DNA of 64,000 nucleotides from a bacterium (lineage in GTDB: Bacteria > Patescibacteriota > Minisyncoccia > Sungbacterales > SURF-37): contig JAUSHI010000002.1 of assembly GCA_030648055.1 (NCBI GenBank), forward strand, positions 178-64,177, written 5' to 3'. Position numbers and translations under genes: made by a program. Shown one piece after another: positions 37,893 to 47,833 of the stretch (the first letter of the stretch is position 1; the number at the start of each line of letters is the position of its first letter). Under the pieces are notes generated by a model, which saw nothing but the letters and a program-made list of their open reading frames with translations, did no database searches and had not been told where the DNA came from.

Positions 37893-38864
37893 ATGAAGCT
37901 GACGAAGATCATGTTTGTGGCGGTTCTCGCCGTGGCGATCATCTCCATCGGTTTCGCCGACGCTCAAGTTCTGACGAAGCTTCGCATGGCTTCGGGCGGA
38001 GAGGGCGGGACCTATTACGTGATGGCCAATAACATGGCCACCTACTGCGGTGAAGGTCTCGCTCTTGATGTGCAGGCAACGGGAGGTTCGGACGACAACG
38101 TCGAGCGTCTGATCAACAACAAGGCCGATGTGGCGATCGTGCAGAAGGACATTCTCTTCAAGCGGGCCAAGTTCAACAACGACGCGGCCGTGAAGAACTT
38201 TCTCGCGGTCATGCCGCTTCACTACGAGGCGATGCACGTCGTGGTGCTCGAGAAATCGGGCATCGTGAAGTTCAGCGACCTCGGCGCGATGAAAGGCCGT
38301 TTTTACGGCGGTAGTCCCGGCAAGAAAGTCGGCGCTTACGGTGGTTCCATCGAATCGGCCGAGATAGTCAAGGCGATGAGTGATGTCGCCTATGAAATCG
38401 TGGTCGTTGAAAACCAGAAAGCGGCAGTGGCTGCTCTAAATAGTGGGCAGATTGACGCAATTTTGGCGATGGGTGGCACTCCACTAAAGTGGGTCGGTGA
38501 AGAGCTGAAGCGCGGTCAGCACCGGCTTGTCCAGTTCGACGTGCCGATTGACAAGGTCGCGGGCGCCTACAGGAAGGCGAACGTCACGTACACCAGGCTC
38601 GGCGCTAACGCCGTGCCAACGATTTCGACGGACGCCGTGCTCATCACCCGCAACTTCACCACTGCGGAGAAGGTCCGGGCGGTATCGCTTCTTCGCAAGT
38701 GCGTCTGGAGCGAGCTCACCCGGATGCAGGAAGCTGACGATACCCATGGCCAGTGGCAGAATGTCCAGAAGGACACGCAGGTTGAGGGGTGGTCGTGGTT
38801 TGCAGGAATGCAGGTTCAGTGGCCGTCCGGTGGCGGAAGCGCGCCGGTTCCGAAGAGGAAGTAA
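37893..38864 (+). CDS. TAXI-family TRAP solute-binding protein
   Basis: Signal peptide, 'ASGGEGGTYY', 'TGGSDDNVERL', 'ADVAIVQKD', 'PLHYEAMHVV'. Confidence 0.88.
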   Translation: MKLTKIMFVAVLAVAIISIGFADAQVLTKLRMASGGEGGTYYVMANNMATYCGEGLALDVQATGGSDDNVERLINNKADVAIVQKDILFKRAKFNNDAAVKNFLAVMPLHYEAMHVVVLEKSGIVKFSDLGAMKGRFYGGSPGKKVGAYGGSIESAEIVKAMSDVAYEIVVVENQKAAVAALNSGQIDAILAMGGTPLKWVGEELKRGQHRLVQFDVPIDKVAGAYRKANVTYTRLGANAVPTISTDAVLITRNFTTAEKVRAVSLLRKCVWSELTRMQEADDTHGQWQNVQKDTQVEGWSWFAGMQVQWPSGGGSAPVPKRK

Positions 38865-38888
38865 TAATTCGCCGTAAACACGGCAAAA

Positions 38889-38920
38889 GCGCGTGGGGAA
38901 ACCATCCCACGCGCGTTTTT
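38889..38920. terminator. Intrinsic terminator
   Basis: GCGCGTGGG...CCCACGCGC followed by TTTTT. Confidence 0.75.
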
Positions 38921-38955
38921 ATTTCTCTATTTTTTTAGAAATTTACGGAATATAT

Positions 38956-40359
38956 TTAATTTTTATTTATTTTTGGTCCTTGCGGCGCATCTTCAATTAA
39001 AAACCCCATTTTTTTTATTTTTTCACGGATTTTGTCGGCCTCTTTCCATTTTTTTTCTTTGCGTAGCTCTTCGCGTTCGCTAACGAGATTTTGAACAGCT
39101 TCAGGAATAGTAGCTCTTGGAGATGGCCTGTTGAATTTTAGGCCGAGCACTTTATCAAAATCAAAAACAGTCTGCCGGATAAGGAGCGCTCCGCGACCGG
39201 TTAAAAGATTTTTATCAAACAAAGCATTGCCGTAGCGCAAAAGTTCGTTTAATACGGCAAGCGCTTTGGGTGTGTTAAGGTCGTCGGATACGGCCGATGA
39301 GAAATCTCTTTGAGAGGTAATGATTACCTTAAGCGTTTCGTTCTCGTCCTTGAGTGATCCTTTATAAGGGCCGCGGTCTATTCGTTCAAGCGAATTTAAA
39401 ATGCCAAGGCGGGCATGCTTTGAAGCCTCAAGCGAGGTCCATGTAAAATTAAGTTGTGTTCGGTAATGCGCGCCGAGGATTAAGTAGCGGAAATCAATCG
39501 GGTCGTAATTTTTGGCCTCAAGGGCGCGAAGCGTAAATACGTTGCCTAGCGACTTGGACATTTTTCTGCCATCTACTAGCAAGTGCTCACCTTCAATAAA
39601 ATATTTAGCAAATGGTTTTCCGGTAGCGCCTTCAGATTGGGCGATTTCGTTTTCGTGGTGGGGGAATAGCAAATCAACTCCGCCGGCGTGTATGTCAAAA
39701 GTGTTTCCAAGGTATTTCATTGACATGGACGAGCATTCAATATGCCAGCCCGGACGCCCGGCCCCGTATGGCGCTGACCATGACGGTTCTCCCGCCTTTT
39801 TTATTTTCCACAAAGCAAAATCTCGCGCCTCGTTTTTGGTATATTCATCAGCGGCAACCCTTGTTCCGGTTTTAAGCCCGCTTTTTTTAAGCCGCGAAAG
39901 TTTTCCGTAAGGCCGGAACTTAGAAATATCAAAATAAACCCCACCCTCGGTTTTATAGGCCAGCTTCTTTTTGAGGAGTAAATTAATCAGTTTTATCATG
40001 TCGGGAATATGAGCGGTGGCTTTGGGATATTTAGTTGCTGGAATCAGATTGAGCCTTTTTGTGTCTTTTAAAAATTCGCGGGCATAGAAACTTGTGAACT
40101 CTTTCAGTGTTTTTCCGGCCTTAATTGAGCCGCGGATGGTTTTATCGTCAACATCCGTCAGGTTCATGATGTGCGTAACTTTATAGCCGGAGCGTTCAAG
40201 GACTCTCCGCAATATGTCTTCAAAAATAAAAGTGCGCAGATTACCTATGTGGGCGTAGTTGTAGACCGTCGGACCGCAGGTATAAAGACCAACTCGCGCC
40301 TTGCGGATGGGCTGAAAAATTTCTTTTTTGCGGGTAAGGTAATTGTAGAGTTTTAGCAT
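38956..40359 (-). CDS. cysS: Cysteine--tRNA ligase
   Basis: CGPTVY, HIGN, GRPGWHIECS, KMSKS. Confidence 0.98.
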   Translation of the reverse strand: MLKLYNYLTRKKEIFQPIRKARVGLYTCGPTVYNYAHIGNLRTFIFEDILRRVLERSGYKVTHIMNLTDVDDKTIRGSIKAGKTLKEFTSFYAREFLKDTKRLNLIPATKYPKATAHIPDMIKLINLLLKKKLAYKTEGGVYFDISKFRPYGKLSRLKKSGLKTGTRVAADEYTKNEARDFALWKIKKAGEPSWSAPYGAGRPGWHIECSSMSMKYLGNTFDIHAGGVDLLFPHHENEIAQSEGATGKPFAKYFIEGEHLLVDGRKMSKSLGNVFTLRALEAKNYDPIDFRYLILGAHYRTQLNFTWTSLEASKHARLGILNSLERIDRGPYKGSLKDENETLKVIITSQRDFSSAVSDDLNTPKALAVLNELLRYGNALFDKNLLTGRGALLIRQTVFDFDKVLGLKFNRPSPRATIPEAVQNLVSEREELRKEKKWKEADKIREKIKKMGFLIEDAPQGPKINKN

Positions 40360-40467
40360 GGATCACTGAACATGAAGCATAAAGCAATGAAGCATCAACA
40401 GGTGTCTTTATTTCCTCCTCCATGTCAAGCTCCATGTTTTATGTTACATGTTTCAGGCTTTAAGATG

Positions 40468-41379
40468 TTATATCCATTTTTTCTTTTTGAAAATGCCGAG
40501 AATTGTAAGCGCGGTTGTCGCGAGGATGCCGAGTATAATCCAGAAATCAGCAGGATGACCGGCAAGGGGATTTGAGACGGTGTTTGAGACAAGCAGTGTT
40601 GCTAAGACCGCCAGCGGGAATGTCATGAAAGCCATGACGGTAAGGGTTTTCATGACGTCGCTTTGTTTGATGTTCAAAAGCGTGGTGTTGGTCTCATAGA
40701 GAGCGTCAAGCGTTTCTTTGTGGTTTTCAAGAAGCCCCCAGAGTTTTTGGTATACGCCAGCCAAGTCTTCCAAAAAAGGAAGCACGTCGCTTGAGAAGAG
40801 TGATTGGGCCTGCGCGGCAAGCGATGTTAGAGTTATTTCCTGCGGTTTTAGAGAGCGGCGAAAATCAATAATGTCCCTGCCGACAACGGAAATCTCCTTG
40901 ACCACTTCACGCTCTTTTCCTGAAAATATTTCTTCTTCAATTATGGAAATTCGTTCTTGAATGTGGTCAAGCTCTCTCATGGAAAATTCGTAGAAGTTGC
41001 TGATCAGATAGTACAAAAGATGCATGGTGTTTTTTGAGGCGTAAAGTTCTTTGCACGATTTGTCTATAGCGCATTTTTTGAAAAAATCTTCCAGCGGCGG
41101 AATTGGTTCAAAAGAGACGGTTATCAGTTCCTTTTTTGTAAGTATAAAATCAATCTCGCGTGGGTAAGTTTTACGTTCCGTTTCGTCAAAAATCGGGAAG
41201 TGGAGTACGAGATAAAGATATCCGTCGTATTTTTGGACTTTCGGGCGGATGGTCGGCTTCATTAGCTCGGCAAGGACAAGTTCGTGGAAATTAAAATGCT
41301 CTCTCAACCAGTTGATGTTTTCTTTGGTGGGGCGGTAGATGTTGTGCCACACCACGGCTTTGCTTTTTATGGTTTCCAT
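40468..41379 (-). CDS. corA: CorA-family divalent cation transporter
   Basis: 'IRPKVQKYDGYLYLVLHFP', 'MKTLTV', two C-terminal TMs; the GMN signature appears diverged. Confidence 0.85.
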   Translation of the reverse strand: METIKSKAVVWHNIYRPTKENINWLREHFNFHELVLAELMKPTIRPKVQKYDGYLYLVLHFPIFDETERKTYPREIDFILTKKELITVSFEPIPPLEDFFKKCAIDKSCKELYASKNTMHLLYYLISNFYEFSMRELDHIQERISIIEEEIFSGKEREVVKEISVVGRDIIDFRRSLKPQEITLTSLAAQAQSLFSSDVLPFLEDLAGVYQKLWGLLENHKETLDALYETNTTLLNIKQSDVMKTLTVMAFMTFPLAVLATLLVSNTVSNPLAGHPADFWIILGILATTALTILGIFKKKKWI

Positions 41380-41530
41380 AATTCTTTAAATTTTGAGTTT
41401 AATGGACGGAAAAATAATTAAGAGGTCCATATTCAAATTTTACTATAAGGGCTATTATTCCGCAAAGAAAGTAGCGAGGCGGGCTTAAACGAAACTCCAT
41501 ATGCTGGTTTGAAGGTATCTTTAAGAGCTG

Positions 41531-41557
41531 TTAGCACTCTATTGACATGACTGCTAA
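41531..41557 (+). promoter_or_regulatory. CIRCE operator overlapping a sigma-70 promoter
   Basis: TTAGCACTC-N9-GACTGCTAA (one mismatch); TTGACA 41542 and TACAAT 41564. Confidence 0.92.
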
Positions 41558-41590
41558 CCGGAGTACAATGGGGGAGGTATAAATTATTAC

Positions 41591-42298
41591 ATGGTTACTG
41601 AACGCCAAAAAGCCATATTAAACGCTATTGTTCGGGAGTATGTTTCCACAGCCGAGCCGGTTTCTTCAGGTGAGCTTGTAAAGAAGTATAGAATGCCTTA
41701 TAGCTCGGCAACGGTAAGAAACGAGCTTCTGTCTTTGGACAAAGAAGGCCTCACTCTTCAGCCGCATACTTCCGCAGGCCGTATTCCAACTGACAAGGGC
41801 TACAGGTTTTTTATCAGTGAAAACATTCCCGATAAAAAAGCGGATAAGAAAATTGAAAAATCGTTTCGCAATTTGCGTGAAATTGAGGACGATTTTGATT
41901 TTTTGCGCCAAGCCAGCCGTATGCTTGCGCATTTTTCAGGAGAGTTCAGTATGGCCGGTTTTTCCGGAAAGGGCATGCTTTATAAGTCAGGGATAGCTGA
42001 AGCGTTTAACGATCCTGAATTTGCCGATGGGGCCAGAATGCACGAATTCGGCGAGCTGGTGGATTTTCTTGACGAAGGATTTAAGAATTTTTTTGAACCG
42101 GAAGATATTAAGGAGCCGAGAGTATTCATAGGCGAAGAAAATCCAATTCGCGAGGCGAGGAATTATACGATGATCGTTTCAAGCGCGCCCACACCTTTCG
42201 GTGAAGACGGAATTTTCGGGATTCTCGGTCCGCGAAGAATGGATTACAATAAAAATCTTGCCCTTTTAAGAGCAATGCAAAAACTTTTTAACGATTAA
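41591..42298 (+). CDS. hrcA: Heat-inducible repressor HrcA (short form)
   Basis: 'ERQKAIL...SSATVRNEL...QPHTSAGRIPTDKGYR', 'GPRRMDY'. Confidence 0.95.
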   Translation: MVTERQKAILNAIVREYVSTAEPVSSGELVKKYRMPYSSATVRNELLSLDKEGLTLQPHTSAGRIPTDKGYRFFISENIPDKKADKKIEKSFRNLREIEDDFDFLRQASRMLAHFSGEFSMAGFSGKGMLYKSGIAEAFNDPEFADGARMHEFGELVDFLDEGFKNFFEPEDIKEPRVFIGEENPIREARNYTMIVSSAPTPFGEDGIFGILGPRRMDYNKNLALLRAMQKLFND

Positions 42299-42313
42299 TT
42301 TTTAATATATATA

Positions 42314-42847
42314 ATGAGTAAAGATAACGAAGAAAAAACAGAAATAGTTCCTGACGAGGAATTTGAAGCGGCAGACGCAATGGGTAAGGTAAAAAAACTG
42401 AAAGACGAATTGAAGAAGTGCGACGCCGAAAAGAAAGATTATCTTGACGGCTGGCAGAGGGCGAAAGCTGACCATATCAACTACCGGAAAGACGAGGGGA
42501 AGCGTTTTGAAGATATGGCGCGATTCGTAACCGCGGGATTTGCTGATGATATTCTGCCAGTGCTTGATAGTTTTGACTTAGCGCTTTCGCATGGGTTTTC
42601 ATCAGAGGCGCAAAAAGGTGTGTTAATGATACGGGCTCAATTTGGGGATGTGCTAAAGAGGCGAGGCGTCACCGAGATAAAGGTTGAAGCGGGAGAGGAA
42701 TTTAATCCCGCGCGCCATGAGAGTATCGGCGAGGTTGAATCGGAATATCCCGAGGGGCGAGTGGCCGAGGCAGTGCAGAAGGGATATTTTATCGGGGAAA
42801 GGGTTTTGCGTCCGGTAAGAGTGAGGATTGCGAAACATGGGGCATAG
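42314..42847 (+). CDS. grpE: Nucleotide exchange factor GrpE
   Basis: 'WQRAKADHINYRK', 'FNPARHE', 'QKGY...RVLRP'. Confidence 0.96.
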   Translation: MSKDNEEKTEIVPDEEFEAADAMGKVKKLKDELKKCDAEKKDYLDGWQRAKADHINYRKDEGKRFEDMARFVTAGFADDILPVLDSFDLALSHGFSSEAQKGVLMIRAQFGDVLKRRGVTEIKVEAGEEFNPARHESIGEVESEYPEGRVAEAVQKGYFIGERVLRPVRVRIAKHGA

Positions 42848-42899
42848 AGCATAAAACATGAATCATAAAGTATAAAAGATAATTTAAATAAAATATATT

Positions 42900-44840
42900 A
42901 TGTCTAAGATATTAGGAATAGATTTGGGGACAACAAATTCGGCGATGGCGATTATTGAAAGCGGGGAGCCGAAAATAATTGAAAATAATGAAGGCAATAG
43001 AACCACGCCTTCTATTGTCGCGACAACCAAAGTGGGAGAGCGTTTGGCGGGGCTTCTTGCCAAGCGTCAGGCGGTGACAAATCCCAAGGACACGCTTTTT
43101 TCCATAAAGCGGTTGATTGGCCGCAAATTTAATGATGCTGAAGTGAAGCGCGACAAGGCCTGGCTTCCCTATGAAATTCATGAATCCGCCAATGGCGGGG
43201 TTGAAATAAAAACAGGAGATAAGTGGTTTAGACCAGAAGAAATTTCCGCGATGGTTTTGCAAAAGTTAAAGCAGGACGCGGAAGAAAAAACCGGAGAAAA
43301 AATAACCGAGGCGGTAATCACTGTTCCGGCTTATTTTGACGACTCACAAAGGAAAGCGACGCAAGCCGCCGGAGAAATAGCAGGGCTGAAAGTCCGTAGA
43401 ATTTTGAACGAGCCCACAGCGGCCGCGCTTGCCTACGGTTTCAATAAGAAAAAAGATGAGCAGATCGTGGTATACGATTTCGGAGGCGGGACTTTTGATC
43501 TTTCTGTTCTTGAGGTTACCGCGGACACGATTGAAGTTAAGGCGGTGGGAGGCGATACGCATTTGGGTGGGGATGATTTTGACCAGCGGATTATCAAATA
43601 CATCGCCGATGAATTTAAAAAAGACCAGGGTATTGATCTCGCTAAAGATGTTTTAGCGCTTCAACGCCTTAAAGAAGCGGCCGAGAGGGCAAAGCACGAG
43701 CTTTCGTCAACGGTTGAGACGGAAATCAATATCCCTTTTATTACTTCGGATGCTTCGGGCCCAAGACATTTAGTAATGAAATTTACGCGGGCTAAATTGG
43801 AAGAACTTGTGGGCGACATGATAGAAAAATCGGTAAATATAACCAGACAAGTGGTGAAGGACTCGGGTTTTGCTCTAGCTGATATTGAAGAAGTAATTCT
43901 TGTCGGAGGGCAAACTAGAATGCCCGCAATTCAGGAAGCGGTTAAAAAACTTTTCGGCAAAGAGCCGAATAGAACCATTAACCCGGATGAAGTGGTTGCG
44001 ATGGGGGCCGCGGTGCAGGCCGGAATTTTGCAGGGTGACGTTAAAGATGTGTTGCTTCTTGACGTTACTCCTTTAAGTTTGGGCATAGAGACATTGGGGG
44101 GCGTTATGACGAGAGTTATTGAACACAATACGACAGTTCCTACAGCGAAATCGCAGATTTTTTCAACCGCGTCCGATAGCCAGCCACAGGTTGAAATTCA
44201 CGTATTGCAGGGAGAGCGCGAAATGGCAACAGATAACAAAACACTCGCCCGATTTATTTTGGATGGACTTCCTCCCTCTCCGCGAGGCGTGCCACAGATT
44301 GAGGTGACTTTTGATATTGATGTCAACGGAGTTCTTTCGGTGAAAGCCAAAGACAAAGCGACTAATCGCGAACAGTCGGTGCGTATTGAGGCCTCAGCCA
44401 GTCTTTCTAAAGAAGATATTGAGAAAATGAAAAAAGATGCCGAGTTGCATGCCGAAGAAGACAGAAAAAAGAAAGAAACGGTTGAGACCAAAAACATAGC
44501 TGACGCCATGGTTTATTCGGTTGAAAAAGCTCTTCGCGACGCGGGTGATAAAGTTCCGGCGGAAACCAAAAAAGATATTGAGGAAAAAATTGAAGCGCTT
44601 AAGAAAGTAAAAGACGGCGGCGATAATGAGGCCATAAAAAAGGCCGCCCAAGAGCTTTCGGTTGCTTCGCAAAAGATCGGTGAGCTATTATATAAGAAGT
44701 CCACCGAAGGCGGCACTAACTCTGGCGGAGAAGACACTAAAGATAAGAAAGACGAGAATGTGAAAGAGGCGGAATTTTCCGAAGAAGATGGATCCGCCTC
44801 TGGCGGAGAAGAAAAGAAAGACGACTCGGAATCCCAATAA
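42900..44840 (+). CDS. dnaK: Chaperone DnaK
   Basis: 'GIDLGTTNS', '[11 protein letters not shown]', 'DFGGGTFD'. Confidence 0.99.
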   Translation: MSKILGIDLGTTNSAMAIIESGEPKIIENNEGNRTTPSIVATTKVGERLAGLLAKRQAVTNPKDTLFSIKRLIGRKFNDAEVKRDKAWLPYEIHESANGGVEIKTGDKWFRPEEISAMVLQKLKQDAEEKTGEKITEAVITVPAYFDDSQRKATQAAGEIAGLKVRRILNEPTAAALAYGFNKKKDEQIVVYDFGGGTFDLSVLEVTADTIEVKAVGGDTHLGGDDFDQRIIKYIADEFKKDQGIDLAKDVLALQRLKEAAERAKHELSSTVETEINIPFITSDASGPRHLVMKFTRAKLEELVGDMIEKSVNITRQVVKDSGFALADIEEVILVGGQTRMPAIQEAVKKLFGKEPNRTINPDEVVAMGAAVQAGILQGDVKDVLLLDVTPLSLGIETLGGVMTRVIEHNTTVPTAKSQIFSTASDSQPQVEIHVLQGEREMATDNKTLARFILDGLPPSPRGVPQIEVTFDIDVNGVLSVKAKDKATNREQSVRIEASASLSKEDIEKMKKDAELHAEEDRKKKETVETKNIADAMVYSVEKALRDAGDKVPAETKKDIEEKIEALKKVKDGGDNEAIKKAAQELSVASQKIGELLYKKSTEGGTNSGGEDTKDKKDENVKEAEFSEEDGSASGGEEKKDDSESQ

Positions 44841-45090
44841 AAATTTAATTCGGATTTGGACAAAATCGCCGCGCATGCTTCGCAAAATGTCGCTTAAAAA
44901 TTTAAACTCAACCGCGCCTATGGCGCGGGATTCAAACAATAAATTTTTCAGATTTTGCTCGCATGCTCTGGCTCATTGTTCACCAAATCCTCGAAATGAA
45001 TTTTTATTGGCATGCCTCGTTGGCGGGGAGATTGACGATTGGAAAAAAATAAAATAGCAGTTTTGTGTCATGCTATAGGACAGCAAGGAA

Positions 45091-45306
45091 TTAGATATCC
45101 TTGCGCTTCAACCAGATGAGCTCGGAATCCCACCCAATAGAAGCTGTGACCATGAGTTCCTCGAAAGGAACCTCAGGAAACTCTTTATTGGCGGCCATGA
45201 CTATCTCGGCGAGGGCTGGAAAGCCTCGACCATACTTGTTACTTTCCCAACGAAGTTTCTTTGGTGCCGGCAACGGGCGTGGATCCGGAGTCACTTCATA
45301 GGCCAT
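45091..45306 (-). CDS. Small hypothetical protein
   Basis: AAGGAGG SD before the ATG; 71 aa. Confidence 0.55.
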   Translation of the reverse strand: MAYEVTPDPRPLPAPKKLRWESNKYGRGFPALAEIVMAANKEFPEVPFEELMVTASIGWDSELIWLKRKDI

Positions 45307-45346
45307 GGTTAATCCTCCTTTTCTCGAGTTTGTGCTAAAAACAGTA

Positions 45347-46288
45347 ATGAGTCAAGCCACTTTCTATAAAGAAATAATCATCGCGGTTTTAGCGGTAGCA
45401 ACAGGAATTGCTAACGCCTATTTTTGGAAAGTTTTGATTTTTTCCGGAAGTTACTCAAGCCCCACTATTTTTTCAATTCCCGCCGCCCTGCTTTTTCTTT
45501 TCGCGATTTTCTTTTCGTTTTTAGCGCTTTTTGGCGTGAGCCGTACTTTGGGACTTATGGCAATTGCTATTGTATCCGTCGGGTCTTTTCTTTTTATAAC
45601 GGCCGGAACCGTAGCTTTTGTAGGAATCGTTTTGTCGTTTTTTGGTTTTCAGTGGGCGTATTCAAGAATCCGGAATGAAGCGAAGCTTTCGGTTTCGTTT
45701 AGTCTTTCTAAAATTCTGAGACAGGGTTTGCCACTGTTTTTTACCGCTATCGCCGTTATGGTTTCCGTGTTTTATTTTTCATCCATAAGCCAAGAAAAGA
45801 ATCAGACATTTTTGCCCAAAGCCGTATTTGAACTTTCTTTACCGCTCTTGCAGAATTCATTACAGGGCATAATTCCGGGGTTTAGGCCGGATGCCACGAT
45901 TGATCAGCTACTTATTGGGGCGGCCCAGAAACAGACCGGAAACGCGGTGGATATTTCAAAAGTCCCGAAAGACCAGCTTGAAAAATTTCTTCAGGAAGAG
46001 CGCGCGGCACTCAGTAAAGGATTGGGTGTGGCGGTTACCGGCAAAGAAAAAGCGGGCGATCTTCTTTATAATCTGGCAAATCAGAAACTGGAGGATTTTG
46101 TCGGCCCGTATAAACAATATCTTCCGTATTTAACGGCGTTTGGCTTTTTTCTGGCGGTAAAAGCGCTTACTCTGCCCTTATATTTTGTTACACTTATTCT
46201 TGTCTGGTTAGCGGTTCGGCTTCTGCTTGCCGTTAAGTTGTTAAAAAAAGAGATTGGCATGGTACAAACGGAAAAGGTGACATTGTAA
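45347..46288 (+). CDS. Multi-pass membrane protein
   Basis: About 6-7 TM helices. Confidence 0.8.
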   Translation: MSQATFYKEIIIAVLAVATGIANAYFWKVLIFSGSYSSPTIFSIPAALLFLFAIFFSFLALFGVSRTLGLMAIAIVSVGSFLFITAGTVAFVGIVLSFFGFQWAYSRIRNEAKLSVSFSLSKILRQGLPLFFTAIAVMVSVFYFSSISQEKNQTFLPKAVFELSLPLLQNSLQGIIPGFRPDATIDQLLIGAAQKQTGNAVDISKVPKDQLEKFLQEERAALSKGLGVAVTGKEKAGDLLYNLANQKLEDFVGPYKQYLPYLTAFGFFLAVKALTLPLYFVTLILVWLAVRLLLAVKLLKKEIGMVQTEKVTL

Positions 46289-46432
46289 GTTGAGGTACGG
46301 CACTTCTTTTTAGTTTTACACCCGGTAGAACGGCGGCGCGATAGTATTTGAGGGTCTGGCTATTCGCCACCGCGCGCCGCACCATGGATTACTTAATTAA
46401 TGGCGATTCATTAGTTGTACAAAAGTAGTATA

Positions 46433-46462
46433 GTAAAATTGGGGGGGATGCTCATTTTTGTA
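46433..46462 (+). repeat. Family B right arm upstream of dnaJ
   Basis: GTAAAATTGGGGGGGATGCTCATTTTTGTA. Confidence 0.65.
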
Positions 46463-46488
46463 GCTACTCGCCCCATTTATAAACAAAA

Positions 46489-47571
46489 ATGGCAAAAGAT
46501 TATTACAAAATTTTAGGTGTCCCGAGGAACGCTTCTAAGGAAGATGTAAAACATGCTTATAGAAAGCTGGCGCATTTACATCACCCCGATAAAGCAGGTG
46601 GCAACGAGGCGAAGTTTAAAGAAATTAACGAGGCCTATCAGGTGCTGGGAGATGAAAAGAAGCGTTCACAGTACGACCAATTCGGGCGGGTGTTTGAGGG
46701 GGGCGGCGGAAGTCCTTTTGGCCAAGGCGGGTTTAGTTTTGGAGAAGAGTTTCGGGGTTTCGGCGATTTTGACTTTTCAGATATTTTTGAAGATGTTTTG
46801 GGCGGGATGGGTTTTGCCGGGGGGAAACGCGAGCCGCATTCAAAAAAAGGAAGAGATATACAAATTGATTTGGAAATTCCTTTTGAAGAAATGATTTTTG
46901 GTGGCAAGCACGAAGTATCGTTGCAGAAACTTGGGAAGTGCGAACGTTGCGGAGGGACAGGGGCAGAGGCCGGCTCAAAGATGGTTACGTGCAATACCTG
47001 CCATGGCTCCGGAAAGGTTGAGAAAATCCAACGGACTATTTTGGGTGTGTTTTCGCAAGTGAGCATTTGTTCAACCTGCAATGGTAAGGGCGAGGTGCCT
47101 GAAGTAACATGCAAAAATTGCGGAGGCAGGGGAGTTCTTCGCGCGGAGGATCGTATTGAAATTTTTGTGCCGGCCGGAGTTAATGGTAATGAGCTTCTGA
47201 AAGTTTCTGGAAAAGGCGAGGCGTCAGTTACTGGAGGCGTGCCGGGCGATCTTTTTGTGAAAATTCACGTGATGTCTTCAAAAATTTATAAAAGGCAGAG
47301 TAACGATGTAATTATGATGCTTTCGGTGAAATTTACCGACGCGGCTTTGGGGGCGAAGGTTGATTTGGGAACTCCTGACGGTAAAATCGTGATGAAAATT
47401 CCTGAAGGCACGGAGTCCGGAGATATTTTAAAAGTTCGCGGCAAGGGCGTTCCGCACCTTTCGGGGTACGGCAGGGGAGATCTTTTGATTGAGATTAAAG
47501 TTGAAACGCCCAAGAAACTTTCGCGCAAAGCAAAAGAGATGATTGAAAAATTAAAAGAAGAAGGAGTTTAA
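46489..47571 (+). CDS. dnaJ: Chaperone DnaJ
   Basis: HPD motif, G/F region, four CxxCxGxG repeats. Confidence 0.98.
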   Translation: MAKDYYKILGVPRNASKEDVKHAYRKLAHLHHPDKAGGNEAKFKEINEAYQVLGDEKKRSQYDQFGRVFEGGGGSPFGQGGFSFGEEFRGFGDFDFSDIFEDVLGGMGFAGGKREPHSKKGRDIQIDLEIPFEEMIFGGKHEVSLQKLGKCERCGGTGAEAGSKMVTCNTCHGSGKVEKIQRTILGVFSQVSICSTCNGKGEVPEVTCKNCGGRGVLRAEDRIEIFVPAGVNGNELLKVSGKGEASVTGGVPGDLFVKIHVMSSKIYKRQSNDVIMMLSVKFTDAALGAKVDLGTPDGKIVMKIPEGTESGDILKVRGKGVPHLSGYGRGDLLIEIKVETPKKLSRKAKEMIEKLKEEGV

Positions 47572-47650
47572 ACGTGGCTGTAAAATTCGCAAAACTCCGG
47601 CGTGTTTTGATAATTGCGCTTGCTATGGTTTTTTATTTCTTTGTAGTTTG

Positions 47651-47717
47651 TTCATTCCAACATTCTCTCTCTTTCGCGCGAGGCTTCGGACGGGCAAGGT
47701 AAGAATGTTGGAATGAA
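47651..47717. repeat. Palindrome family A copy interrupted at its centre by a 33-bp element
   Basis: TTCATTCCAACATTCT-[47667-47699]-TAAGAATGTTGGAATGAA. Confidence 0.85.
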
Positions 47718-47763
47718 AAATGGGCGGGGCAGATGGTTGAGGGCGCTGTGCCGGATAACAAGA

Positions 47764-47790
47764 ACACTCCGCAGTATTGCGGAGTGTTTT
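47764..47790. terminator. Intrinsic terminator (possibly bidirectional)
   Basis: AACACTCCGC-AGTATT-GCGGAGTGTTTT. Confidence 0.7.
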
Positions 47791-47833
47791 GAAATTCAGC
47801 ACCTTTCTGTCATTTCTTGTCTTATCGGATTTA

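Noticed and set aside
37036..38237. Long minus-strand ORFs (266 and 198 aa)
   Set aside because: They are antisense shadows of the GC-rich + strand operon, which has clear SD sites and recognisable products.
47574..47702. Short GTG-started hydrophobic ORF after dnaJ
   Set aside because: It runs into the interrupted palindrome and has no recognisable homology; at best a remnant.
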